Of a stretch of DNA of 38,956 bases, positions 16,719 to 25,529 are shown piece by piece; position 1 is the stretch's first letter; every line of letters starts with the position of its first letter. The stretch spans positions 1-38,956 of IMG/VR virus record IMGVR_UViG_3300019765_000008; one strand, given 5' to 3'. Both the position numbers and the translations under genes were made by a program. The stretch comes from a virus. Taxonomy: Duplodnaviria > Caudoviricetes. Below the pieces are notes generated by a model, which was given only the letters and a program-made list of their open reading frames with translations, was not told the origin of the DNA and did not search any database.

Positions 16719-16747
16719 TTCGCCTCTTTGTAGGCGAATTTTTTTTT
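16719..16747 (+). terminator. Rho-independent terminator
   Basis: TTCGCCT...AGGCGAA stem plus T9. Confidence 0.75.
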
Positions 16748-16779
16748 GTGTGCTAAGATGTTTACAAAAGGAAGTTTTT

Positions 16780-17025
16780 ATGATTGTAGTTTTGAGGCTT
16801 AAAACTTACAAAGACTATAAGTATATCAATTTTGCTAACGTGACATACTTTGAGCGGTACACAGAAGACGAAACAAAGAGCATGGTTTATTTTGTAAACC
16901 GAGAGCCTCTTTTAGTTCATGTTGACGCTGAGATTATACACGAAGAATTGCAAGAAATCATAGAGGGTATTTTACTTGGCGAAAAAGAGGAACAAAAAGA
17001 AGCAGGGGAAAAAGATCGTCATTAG
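16780..17025 (+). CDS. Hypothetical protein (weak FlbD/LytTR-like pattern)
   Basis: Start 16780 follows AAGGA and the extended -10 at 16751; YINFANVTYFE...VYFVN.EPLLV. Confidence 0.65.
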   Translation: MIVVLRLKTYKDYKYINFANVTYFERYTEDETKSMVYFVNREPLLVHVDAEIIHEELQEIIEGILLGEKEEQKEAGEKDRH

Positions 17026-17506
17026 TGAGGAAGAATTTAAAAAAGCTTCTTCTGACTTAATGGAGTTGGTCGCTATTGCTGTTCGTGAAGGATACTCTAT
17101 TACTGATATAGTTAGACGATTTGAGGTTGATAGAGATAAGGTTCAAATTATACAAGACCAAGAGCTAGAGATTGCAAAGCAAAATGCACTAAGCCAAAGA
17201 ATACTTTTTAGGCAAGATGTCAGAGACAAAATGAATCACGCAAAGAAATTTATGTCTGATGTTATGAAGGGTGATTATGATTTTGAACCTCACAAAAGAA
17301 CTTCTCTTAAACTAAGAGCGGCGCAAAGTCTGTTAAGTTTTGGTAAAAGCTTCATTGATGAAGACCCTTTAACGCTTTACGTCGAAGCACCTACGGATAA
17401 TGTGGAAAAACTTAATAAACCTCATTTTGAGGTTGGCATGGATGAGACCGGAAAGACTACCTTTGATGTGGATTACGTAGAGATTAAACCTGATGAAGAT
17501 AACTGA
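16976..17506 (+). CDS. terS: Probable terminase small subunit
   Basis: Directly upstream of and overlapping TerL; HTH-like GYSITDIVRRFEV; LKLRAAQSLL helix. Confidence 0.6.
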   Translation: MAKKRNKKKQGKKIVISEEEFKKASSDLMELVAIAVREGYSITDIVRRFEVDRDKVQIIQDQELEIAKQNALSQRILFRQDVRDKMNHAKKFMSDVMKGDYDFEPHKRTSLKLRAAQSLLSFGKSFIDEDPLTLYVEAPTDNVEKLNKPHFEVGMDETGKTTFDVDYVEIKPDEDN

Positions 17507-19007
17507 TGACATGCTACCGGCGCTTTTGAGGAGAAATCTTCCCAAAAGACCCCAAGCGCCAATTCGGTTTTCTTTGCCGGCTGGATATCATGAATGGCAG
17601 AAAATGCTCATGACAAGCGATATTAAGCTTATGGTATTCCCTTGCGCTACAAAGGTAGGTAAGACCCTTGGGGGAACAGGAAGGCTAATAGGAAAGAGCC
17701 TAGCGGCCCCTGATGGGCTTGATGCGACATTTAGAACCATTGCCCCTACCGTTGCATTAACTAGGCTCACATATCAATACTTAAATAGACTGGTCCCTGA
17801 AAACTGGCCACAGCCTAACAATATGTCTTTATCCGATTACCAAGACTTAAACGAAACATGGAGGGCTTTTACACCAGATAGGAGTCAACATAAAGGGACG
17901 ATGTTTTGGCGGCATAATAGCGCCTTAATCGAGTGTATCCATGGTGATAATCCAGAGGTAACAATTGAGGGTGCTAGGGTAATGGGTAACTGCTTTGACG
18001 AAGCTGCAAAGTTAAAGAAGCAGGTTTTTGATTCAGCGGTTTCCACGACTACCCAGACAAACGGCTGGAACTGTCTTTATGGTACTCCACGCGGCAAGAA
18101 TTTTTATTATGATCTTTTTATGGAATGCCAGATTCACATGCAATGGGCGGCTAAGAACAATAAGCCACTTGAAATGTTTGCAATGCAAGCTAGAACGATT
18201 GATAATCCTTTTGTACCAAGGGAAACAATCGCGCGGGCAATGAAATATTTATCAAAGAGAATTTTTAGGCAGTTATTTCTAGCCGAGTTTTTAGATGATG
18301 GCTCGGTTTTTGTTGGGCATAGGGACTGCATTAAAGGCCCACTACTGGACTTTCCAGAAGAAAAGAAGGTGCAATCTTGGTTAGCAGAAGGAGCCGATGA
18401 AAAGTCTGTTGTGCTTGGCGTAGACTGGGCGAAACGTCAAGATTATTATGTAGCCATTGCGATAGATGTAAAGTCTGATGTGCCTAGAGTGGTTGGCTTC
18501 CAACGGGTAACGGGTATTAGCTATAAAAAATGTGTGGGGATGCTTTATAAATTCTCGCAGGAATTTTTAGAAGTGGTGACATGCAGACACGATAGGACGG
18601 GTGTGGGCGATGTAATTGATGAGATGTTAGAGCCTTTACCTTTTCCGATTGAGCCTGTAGTATTCTCGAACACAAGCAAGTCTAACATGGTCGAAGCTTA
18701 TATGGTGGCGCTGGAAGAAAAAGATGTAGAGCTACCGAACTGGCCGGAACTTCTTAAAGAACATGATAATTTTGATGTAACCACAACAAGTTTAGGGCTT
18801 CCAAAGTACGAAGCTAGCGGCGGTGGGCATGACGATATTATCATGGCTTTAATACTTGCATATTTTGCAGTTTCCGAGATGAAAGATTCAGATTTTAGTG
18901 TTAGGATACTAGAAGACCTTTCAAGGGAAAAAGATTTAGAAAAAGAAGAGGTTGATTATTTGAATGATTTAATCAATCAATTTGAAGATGAAGAAGACTA
19001 TTTTTAA
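17493..19007 (+). CDS. terL: Terminase large subunit
   Basis: Walker A-like CATKVGKT, Walker B CFDEAA, motif III GTPRG, nuclease LGVDWA and HDDIIMAL. Confidence 0.93.
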   Translation: MKITDDMLPALLRRNLPKRPQAPIRFSLPAGYHEWQKMLMTSDIKLMVFPCATKVGKTLGGTGRLIGKSLAAPDGLDATFRTIAPTVALTRLTYQYLNRLVPENWPQPNNMSLSDYQDLNETWRAFTPDRSQHKGTMFWRHNSALIECIHGDNPEVTIEGARVMGNCFDEAAKLKKQVFDSAVSTTTQTNGWNCLYGTPRGKNFYYDLFMECQIHMQWAAKNNKPLEMFAMQARTIDNPFVPRETIARAMKYLSKRIFRQLFLAEFLDDGSVFVGHRDCIKGPLLDFPEEKKVQSWLAEGADEKSVVLGVDWAKRQDYYVAIAIDVKSDVPRVVGFQRVTGISYKKCVGMLYKFSQEFLEVVTCRHDRTGVGDVIDEMLEPLPFPIEPVVFSNTSKSNMVEAYMVALEEKDVELPNWPELLKEHDNFDVTTTSLGLPKYEASGGGHDDIIMALILAYFAVSEMKDSDFSVRILEDLSREKDLEKEEVDYLNDLINQFEDEEDYF

Positions 19008-19009
19008 TT

Positions 19010-19219
19010 ATGGCTTATGTGACTTATCTAAAACGCGGCGAAGCATTAAAGATCGGGGATAGTGTTATGATTCTCGAATCTGCTAGAGGTGCAAAGATAG
19101 TTTTAGAAGTTGACGATGATACCGTCATACATAAGCTTTCTTCAGAGGAATTAAAAAATGCCAGATACCGCAAAGCGCCGACATTATCCCAGCCAAAAGA
19201 AAAAGATAAAAAAACCTGA
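19010..19219 (+). CDS. CsrA/RsmA-like small protein (divergent)
   Basis: VTYLKRGEALKIGDSVMILE...AKIVLEVDDDTVIHKL aligns by eye to CsrA LTRRVGETLMIGDEVTVTV...VRIGVNAPKEVSVHRE. Confidence 0.6.
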   Translation: MAYVTYLKRGEALKIGDSVMILESARGAKIVLEVDDDTVIHKLSSEELKNARYRKAPTLSQPKEKDKKT

Positions 19220-21332
19220 AGACATTGGAGAGACTAAGTACATAGACATATACGGAAGACTAGGCGAGCCTACGGGTGGCTTTTGGTCGAGTGAAAACCG
19301 TGCTTATATGGATATACTTACCATTAAGACCCTTTTCCAATCTGAAGATTGGGTGTTTCTAGCGGTTGACGCGATTGCAGACCCTATTAGTACACTTCCC
19401 CTTAAAGTTTACAAGGTAAGCTACAACGACGAAGGAGAGAGGGTTTTAGACGCTGACATGAGCCATAAGGTAAATGTTAGACTGAGAAAACCAAATAAGT
19501 TTTCTACCCAAAAAGATTTACTTTATGGATTAGCCGCTGACTATGTACTAGCTGGCAATTCATTCGCATGGCTTGGAGATGCTGGAAACCTTTACCATGT
19601 ACCGGCTGAGAAGGTTTTATATAGATGGGGTACTGATAATATTCCAAATGGTTATTATATCGTATCGGATTTTGACGATGCAATGCCGGTTCCACAGTTT
19701 GAAACAGACTTAGACGAGATGGGACATACAAAAAGACCTAACCCAAGCAGCACAATCTACGGGCTTTCACCTTTTGCACCGGCTAAAAGATCGGTTCTTT
19801 TTAACAGGTATTCACAAGAATATTTGAACAACTTCTATCTTAAAGGTGCTACTCCACAAATGGTGCTAGAGCTACAGAAGGAAGCACAGGAAAAGAGTTT
19901 GAACAGACTTCAGACAACTTTCGAGCAAAGCTTTGTCGGACGTAGAAACCAACGTAGAACAATGATTTTGCCAAAAGGTGTTCAATCTAAAGTTATTGAG
20001 AATAAAATAGCAGATCAAAACTTGATTGAGCTAATCGAGATGAATGCAGACAGAATTTTGTCAGTGTTGAAGGTTCCTAAACATGTAGTCGGAAGACAGG
20101 AAAGCGGTTCACTTGGTAGCCAAGAAATGAAAATGGCTATAAAATATTTCTGGCAAACTACAATCACAGATACGGCTAACGCTTTAAGTCAGACATTATC
20201 GAGATTGTTTTATAAACAACTTGGCCCAGAGTACACAATAGAATTTGATTTTGACAATGTGCCAGAGCTACAGGAAGACGTTTACCAAAAAGCAGAAATG
20301 TCTAACAAGATGTTGGGCTTTATGACTGTGAACGAAGTCAGGAAAATGTACTGGGGTTTAGACCCCGTGGCGGGTGGAGATGTTTTAGCATCGGCGCAGC
20401 AAACGCAACCGTTTTTTATGCCGCAAACTTTGTCAATTCCACAGAGTAACGGCGAAAAAAAAAACGAAAATAAGTTAGACCCTGAAAAAATTAAGCAAGC
20501 TATTAAGCAAGTTGACGAAGAGATGCGCGGCATTGAGAAAGATAAGTTTGATTCAAGAAACGAAGCGGCATTGGGTGTTTTAATCGAGCAGAATTTAGAA
20601 GCGGTTGACCTTCTAAGAAAGATGGGAAAGAAAACTCTTAAGGCAAGAATAAAAGAATTTTCTATCAACAAAGAAGAATTTGAAAAAAGGCTTTTTGATT
20701 CTTATGAAGCCATGAAAGATGAATATTTGGCTGGGCATGCTGGAGACTTGCAAGAAGTTACTGACCTTGGTTTTGACCAGCAGTTGGTTTTATATACAGA
20801 TAGATCTAATGCCGAAGCCGTTGCTGCTTTGAGAGAAAGAACCAAAGATGGAAGGTATGCTCTTTTGGCTAATAGGGGTATTTTTAGTTTTAACAGCATA
20901 AGAAGCACTACGCTAAATAATGTGATGAAAGAAATAGCTAAAGGCACAGAAGAAGGGCTTTCCATTGACGAAGTAGAACAGAACATTAAAAAATATTTTG
21001 AGGTTAATTCTGTCAATAGGGCAAATACTGTAGCTAGAACAGAAACGCTTCAAGCTTTGACTGTTGGACAAAACTCGGTTTTTGACGAAGCCAAGAAAGC
21101 TGGTATAGAATTTAAAAAGGTTTGGATTACAGCACAGGACGAAAGAGTTAGAGCCGATCATGTGGGCGCAAATGGTCAAGAGGCTAGCGACGATGGATTT
21201 TTTAATGTTGGTGGTGAGATGTTGAAATATCCTCGTGACCCTTCTGGAAGTGCTTCAAATACAATCAATTGCAGGTGTACGGTTTTGATGTTGCCAAAAG
21301 ATGAAGATTTTGACTTAGGAGAAATTGCATAA
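19158..21332 (+). CDS. HK97-family portal protein fused to a Mu gpF/SPP1 gp7-like minor head domain
   Basis: Portal motifs AVDAIA..ISTLPL, LAGNSF, YGLSP, LKVPKHVVG, MTVNEVR; C-terminal RANTVARTET, KKVWITAQDERVRADH, YPRDP...INCRC. Confidence 0.9.
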   Translation: MPDTAKRRHYPSQKKKIKKPEDIGETKYIDIYGRLGEPTGGFWSSENRAYMDILTIKTLFQSEDWVFLAVDAIADPISTLPLKVYKVSYNDEGERVLDADMSHKVNVRLRKPNKFSTQKDLLYGLAADYVLAGNSFAWLGDAGNLYHVPAEKVLYRWGTDNIPNGYYIVSDFDDAMPVPQFETDLDEMGHTKRPNPSSTIYGLSPFAPAKRSVLFNRYSQEYLNNFYLKGATPQMVLELQKEAQEKSLNRLQTTFEQSFVGRRNQRRTMILPKGVQSKVIENKIADQNLIELIEMNADRILSVLKVPKHVVGRQESGSLGSQEMKMAIKYFWQTTITDTANALSQTLSRLFYKQLGPEYTIEFDFDNVPELQEDVYQKAEMSNKMLGFMTVNEVRKMYWGLDPVAGGDVLASAQQTQPFFMPQTLSIPQSNGEKKNENKLDPEKIKQAIKQVDEEMRGIEKDKFDSRNEAALGVLIEQNLEAVDLLRKMGKKTLKARIKEFSINKEEFEKRLFDSYEAMKDEYLAGHAGDLQEVTDLGFDQQLVLYTDRSNAEAVAALRERTKDGRYALLANRGIFSFNSIRSTTLNNVMKEIAKGTEEGLSIDEVEQNIKKYFEVNSVNRANTVARTETLQALTVGQNSVFDEAKKAGIEFKKVWITAQDERVRADHVGANGQEASDDGFFNVGGEMLKYPRDPSGSASNTINCRCTVLMLPKDEDFDLGEIA

Positions 21333-22591
21333 TGAAGAAAACTTTAGAAAGCTTTTTGCATATCAAAAGTGCAAAGCAAGACGAAAAAAGCGGTGTTGTG
21401 ATTGAAGGCTATGCTAATTACAACGAGATGGATCGAGTTAAAGAAAGAATGGATCCCAAGACGGTTAAGCTAGAAAACTTTCTAAAAAACCCGATTCTTC
21501 TCTTTAATCATGACATGGATTACCCAGTGGGAAAGGTGATTGATGTAGAGCCAAGGGAAGAAGGGCTTTATGTCAAGGCCCGCGTATCAGGTGCCAAGAG
21601 TTCTAAAATCGAATATATTAGAGAGCTAGTGCTAGAAGGTGTTTTAAAAGCTTTCTCAATTAGGTATGATGTTGAAGACGTTTCCAAAAGCTTTCATGAT
21701 GACCCAGACAACAAGGACGGCACCCTAATTACCGATTGGGAATTACAGGAGCTATCCATTGTTACAATCCCATGTCAACAAGATAGCTTGTTTAATTTGG
21801 CTCAAGTAAAATCATTAGGAGAGGCTAGAGACATGGCACTAAATTTAAAAGGCGCGAGCGCCGCGGCGATGATTAACAAGGCTATTGAGGCAGCGGTAAA
21901 AGGTGGAGCCGAAAAAGGTGACATTATTGAAAAGCTTTCCAAGGTATCAGGCTTAGAGTTGGGCGAAATTAGCCAAGCATTAGCTGGAGACATGACCCCG
22001 CTACCAGATCAATTTAAAGAGGCTTGCAAAGATATTCTCGAAATCGAGTCAAATGATCTTGATAACGCTGATGCTCAAGACGTTGAGAACCAAAAGTCTA
22101 AAGAGGGCGACGAAGAAAAAGAAAAAGGTTCGGATGAAGACAAGGGTGAAGACAAGAAAGAAGAGGAAGCAGACGAAGACAAAATGCCTATGGATAAAGA
22201 AAAAGCCGTAGAGCCTGGGCATGAAAACCCGATGCTAGACAAGCTTGATTCTCTTATATCCATCATGGGAGCCGTTGTTAATAAGTTGGATCTTATGGCA
22301 CAAATGATGGAAGGCATGGGCAAGACCGAAAAGCTTGAGTATGAAGACGCAGAAGGCGGCGAAGAAAAAATGACCGAAGAAGAAAAAGAAGCCGAAATGG
22401 ACGTTGAAGACGACGATAAAGGCGGCGATTACAAAGAAGAAGACGATAAGGGCGATTATAAAGAAGACGAAGAAGACGAAGAAGAACAAATGAAAAAGGG
22501 CATTAACGAGCTACGCGAAAAATATGCTGACCAGTGTAAAAAAGCGGGAATTGATCTTGATGAGTTTTTGAAAGACTTAGAAGAAGAATAA
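21332..22591 (+). CDS. HK97-family prohead maturation protease with long acidic C-terminal extension
   Basis: IEGYAN, NPILLFNHD, PVGK, LKAFSI, LQELSIVTIPC. Confidence 0.9.
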   Translation: MKKTLESFLHIKSAKQDEKSGVVIEGYANYNEMDRVKERMDPKTVKLENFLKNPILLFNHDMDYPVGKVIDVEPREEGLYVKARVSGAKSSKIEYIRELVLEGVLKAFSIRYDVEDVSKSFHDDPDNKDGTLITDWELQELSIVTIPCQQDSLFNLAQVKSLGEARDMALNLKGASAAAMINKAIEAAVKGGAEKGDIIEKLSKVSGLELGEISQALAGDMTPLPDQFKEACKDILEIESNDLDNADAQDVENQKSKEGDEEKEKGSDEDKGEDKKEEEADEDKMPMDKEKAVEPGHENPMLDKLDSLISIMGAVVNKLDLMAQMMEGMGKTEKLEYEDAEGGEEKMTEEEKEAEMDVEDDDKGGDYKEEDDKGDYKEDEEDEEEQMKKGINELREKYADQCKKAGIDLDEFLKDLEEE

Positions 22592-22646
22592 TTTAGTTCT
22601 ATGGTGTTGCTGTTAACAGAAAACTATAATATGCTAGAGGTATCCA

Positions 22647-24029
22647 ATGTCAAAGAAAGTTAAATCAAAATTAAACGCGATAGAATCTAAAATCAAAGAA
22701 GGGCTTGAAAAGTCTGAAAATGAAAAGGCTTCTGTCATTCATGGTGGTAACAAGATCACCAAGGAGAACAAAACTATGACTACGAGTTCAGAAAAAAGAT
22801 TGCTTCAAAGCTTTGGCGTAAAAGACGTTAAGGGACTTTTGGAAGTGAACATTGGAGCGCCTAAGTATGCTCACCTTGATGCAGGGATGAAGCAAGCTGC
22901 AATTCAATTAAAGCAAGATATTGACTGTGCAAGATTTACCGCACAAATTTTTGACGGTGCGCCTTTGGACACTGACAAAAGAGATGCGAAAGTTAAGTTT
23001 TTAGATTCAAGCTATGCTAAAAATGTTGACCTTAAAGGTAGACTAAAAGCATTTGGTTCTGAAGTAGTTGGTGAAGGTGACGAGTGGGTTCCTACTCTTA
23101 TCTCTCAAAACTACATTGAGGAATTTCACCTAGAGCAAAAGCTTGCTAAATACTTCAAGCAGGTTCCTATGGCTTCTTCTCCTTTTGAACTTCCCGTACA
23201 AACTGATTCAAAGAAAGCTAAACTAGTTGGCGAAGGTGCTACTAACACTTCAAGAACTTTCGGAACTGAAAAACTAAGCTTCTCAGCTAAGAAAGCTTCT
23301 GAGTTTTATGAGTTGCCAGAAGAACTTAACGAAGATTCAGCACCAGCTATTCTACAACTTGCAAGACAAGAAGTAGTAGACGCAGTTACTCGCGCAATTG
23401 AATCAGCTATTATCAACGGTGACACTGCTGGAACTCACCAAGATTCTGACATTGTTGGAGATGACTTTGACAAGGCTTGGGACGGACTTAGAAAAGTTGC
23501 ACTAGCCGCTTCTTCCACCACTGATTTTGGTGGCGCTGCAATTGACAAAACAAACTTAAATGCTATGCGTAGAAGCATGGGCAAGTACGGTGTAAACCCC
23601 GCTAGACTTGCTTGGGTATTTGGCCCTAGTGCTTATTCACAAGCGCAAAACCTTGAGATTGTTGAGTCGCTAGAGAAGTACGGCCCTAATGCAACGGTTC
23701 TTTCTGGTGCGCTTGGTGTTTACAACGGTATCGCCGTATGTGTTTCTGAGTGGGTTCGTGAAGACCTTAACGCTACTGGCGTTTATGACGGTGTTACTAC
23801 CGACAGAACAGCTATCCATCTTGTTAACATTGACCGATTCATGATGGGAATGAGAAGACCTATTAGAATCCGAGTTGCACAAGACCCAAGAGCTGAGTTT
23901 GACAGATGGCAGCTAGTTTCCTACACAAGACAAGCCTTCACTGGCCACAAGCAAGCTGGAACTGCTTACGCAAGCGGTACGGTTTCTTCAGAGCGTTCAA
24001 GTGTTCTTGGAATCAACATACTAGCCTAA
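22647..24029 (+). CDS. Major capsid protein (HK97 fold)
   Basis: Follows the protease; WVPTLIS, LVGEG, LPEELNEDS, AIINGD, YNGIAVCVSE. Confidence 0.9.
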   Translation: MSKKVKSKLNAIESKIKEGLEKSENEKASVIHGGNKITKENKTMTTSSEKRLLQSFGVKDVKGLLEVNIGAPKYAHLDAGMKQAAIQLKQDIDCARFTAQIFDGAPLDTDKRDAKVKFLDSSYAKNVDLKGRLKAFGSEVVGEGDEWVPTLISQNYIEEFHLEQKLAKYFKQVPMASSPFELPVQTDSKKAKLVGEGATNTSRTFGTEKLSFSAKKASEFYELPEELNEDSAPAILQLARQEVVDAVTRAIESAIINGDTAGTHQDSDIVGDDFDKAWDGLRKVALAASSTTDFGGAAIDKTNLNAMRRSMGKYGVNPARLAWVFGPSAYSQAQNLEIVESLEKYGPNATVLSGALGVYNGIAVCVSEWVREDLNATGVYDGVTTDRTAIHLVNIDRFMMGMRRPIRIRVAQDPRAEFDRWQLVSYTRQAFTGHKQAGTAYASGTVSSERSSVLGINILA

Positions 24030-24051
24030 TAAGCTTTAAAAGTTTACAATC

Positions 24052-24076
24052 AAAGGGGCAAATGCCCCTTTTTTTA
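24052..24076 (+). terminator. Rho-independent terminator after capsid gene
   Basis: AAAGGGGCA-AA-TGCCCCTTT plus T tract. Confidence 0.85.
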
Positions 24077-24117
24077 GATGTTGCTGCAAACATAACACTT
24101 CACCAATTAACGCCGGT

Positions 24118-24687
24118 ATGATTATGTATAAGCTTTTTTTAAACATAGTGGAAAGCATTAGCCGAAACGTTGGCTATATTTATGTGCCTTTTAATAATCG
24201 AAAGATAAAGGCTAGGCACTATAGATACATGGAAAAGAGACTAATGGTCGGTGATATAATACTATGTAAAAGCAATGGTTATTTGTCTAATTTGTTTATT
24301 GGCAAATATACTCATGTGGGAATATATGCGGCCCATGATACGGTGGTGGAAGCTACTCCAAAAGGTGGTGTTTTAAAGACTGACTTGATAGACTTTAGTT
24401 TAAAAAGAGATAAAGTTTTAATTTTAAGACCTAACTTCTTAACAGAGCCAGTTGAAAGAATTGAGATACAAGACAGGCTATATGAGCAGGTTGGCAAAGA
24501 TTATGATTTTAGTTTTCAAGCGGATATTAAGGATTTTTATTGCTCTGAGTTGGCTTTATACGCTTATAAGAATCCGAAGCTAAAATTCAAAGATAGGTAT
24601 GGAAGTTTGACTTTTATTCCTGATGATTTTATTGATTACATAGGAACAGAATTTAGGGTGATTTATGATTCTCAAAAACAAAAGTAA
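24118..24687 (+). CDS. Permuted papain-like NlpC/P60 enzyme (YiiX/YebB family)
   Basis: GDIIL, YTHVGIY, VVEA, GKDYDF, FYCSEL (His before Cys, i.e. permuted order). Confidence 0.88.
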   Translation: MIMYKLFLNIVESISRNVGYIYVPFNNRKIKARHYRYMEKRLMVGDIILCKSNGYLSNLFIGKYTHVGIYAAHDTVVEATPKGGVLKTDLIDFSLKRDKVLILRPNFLTEPVERIEIQDRLYEQVGKDYDFSFQADIKDFYCSELALYAYKNPKLKFKDRYGSLTFIPDDFIDYIGTEFRVIYDSQKQK

Positions 24688-24901
24688 AATGCACATTATT
24701 GTACACAATGGAAAAACATTTGAAAAGATTGAGGCAGGTGGCGTTTCTAGTGACATGCCTGAAAAAGTTGCACAAGAGCAATTGCAAAAGTTTAAAGGAT
24801 TAGGTGAAGCTTTAGAGGTTTATGTTGAGAAAGAAAAACCTCTGAACAAGAAAGCGCCGAAAAAAGGCAAAGATAAAAAAATGGAAAAACTAGAGGACTA
24901 A
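24665..24901 (+). CDS. Small hypothetical head-region protein (start may be 24689)
   Basis: Lys-rich C-terminus; located before the head-tail connector. Confidence 0.6.
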   Translation: MILKNKSKMHIIVHNGKTFEKIEAGGVSSDMPEKVAQEQLQKFKGLGEALEVYVEKEKPLNKKAPKKGKDKKMEKLED

Positions 24902-24902
24902 T

Positions 24903-25529
24903 ATGCCTTTAAACGAAAATGCTTTGGTTGATTTAGACACGATGAAAAATTGGTTAGGTATTGACCTTCTCAATACTGACTTTGATTTTAAAATAGAATT
25001 GTTTATAAATTCAGCAAGCAAAAAAATAGAGACTTACTTAAACCGCAAGCTATCGAAGCGCCAATACACAGTCAGAAAAGACGGCGTAAGATCGGCTAAG
25101 ATTGTGCTTAGGCATTATCCAGTGGGTGCGGTTACAAGCTTGTCTCTAAGCAACGATTGGGACTTTTCGGAAACCGTGGATACTGCAAATTATATCTTTT
25201 CAGAAGACGGCGTTATAACGCTTAGAGAGGTAGTCGCAGGACGCGGTAATGCCAACATACAGGTGGTTTACGAAGCGGGGTATGTAACCCCTCTTAGTCC
25301 TATTCAAACGGGAGAGGCTTTACCTAGTGATATCGAGATGGCTTGTATTACTTTTGTTAAATGGCTTTGGAATTTAGACCATGATGAGAGAATGGGCATA
25401 CAGAGCCGCGACAAGCAAAACCAGAATACAACTTACATTAACGGTATACCGGCCGAAGTATGTCAGATGATCGAAGACCATAGACGGGTTGAGGTTACTT
25501 CTGAAAATGCTGTTATTGAGATGTTTTAA
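24903..25529 (+). CDS. Head-tail connector/adaptor (HK97 gp6-like)
   Basis: VDLDTMKNWLGID, IETYLNR, LRHYPV, VVYEAGY, LPSDIEMA. Confidence 0.82.
   Translation: MPLNENALVDLDTMKNWLGIDLLNTDFDFKIELFINSASKKIETYLNRKLSKRQYTVRKDGVRSAKIVLRHYPVGAVTSLSLSNDWDFSETVDTANYIFSEDGVITLREVVAGRGNANIQVVYEAGYVTPLSPIQTGEALPSDIEMACITFVKWLWNLDHDERMGIQSRDKQNQNTTYINGIPAEVCQMIEDHRRVEVTSENAVIEMF

Noticed and set aside
16708-16779. Upstream start for the ORF ending at 17025
   Set aside because: The extension runs through a terminator hairpin and promoter candidate; ATG 16780 has the RBS
22427-22450. DYKEEDDK peptide resembling a FLAG tag (DYKDDDDK), with a second DYKED nearby
   Set aside because: Not an exact tag, embedded in a long natural D/E/K low-complexity tract, and no vector or linker sequence around it
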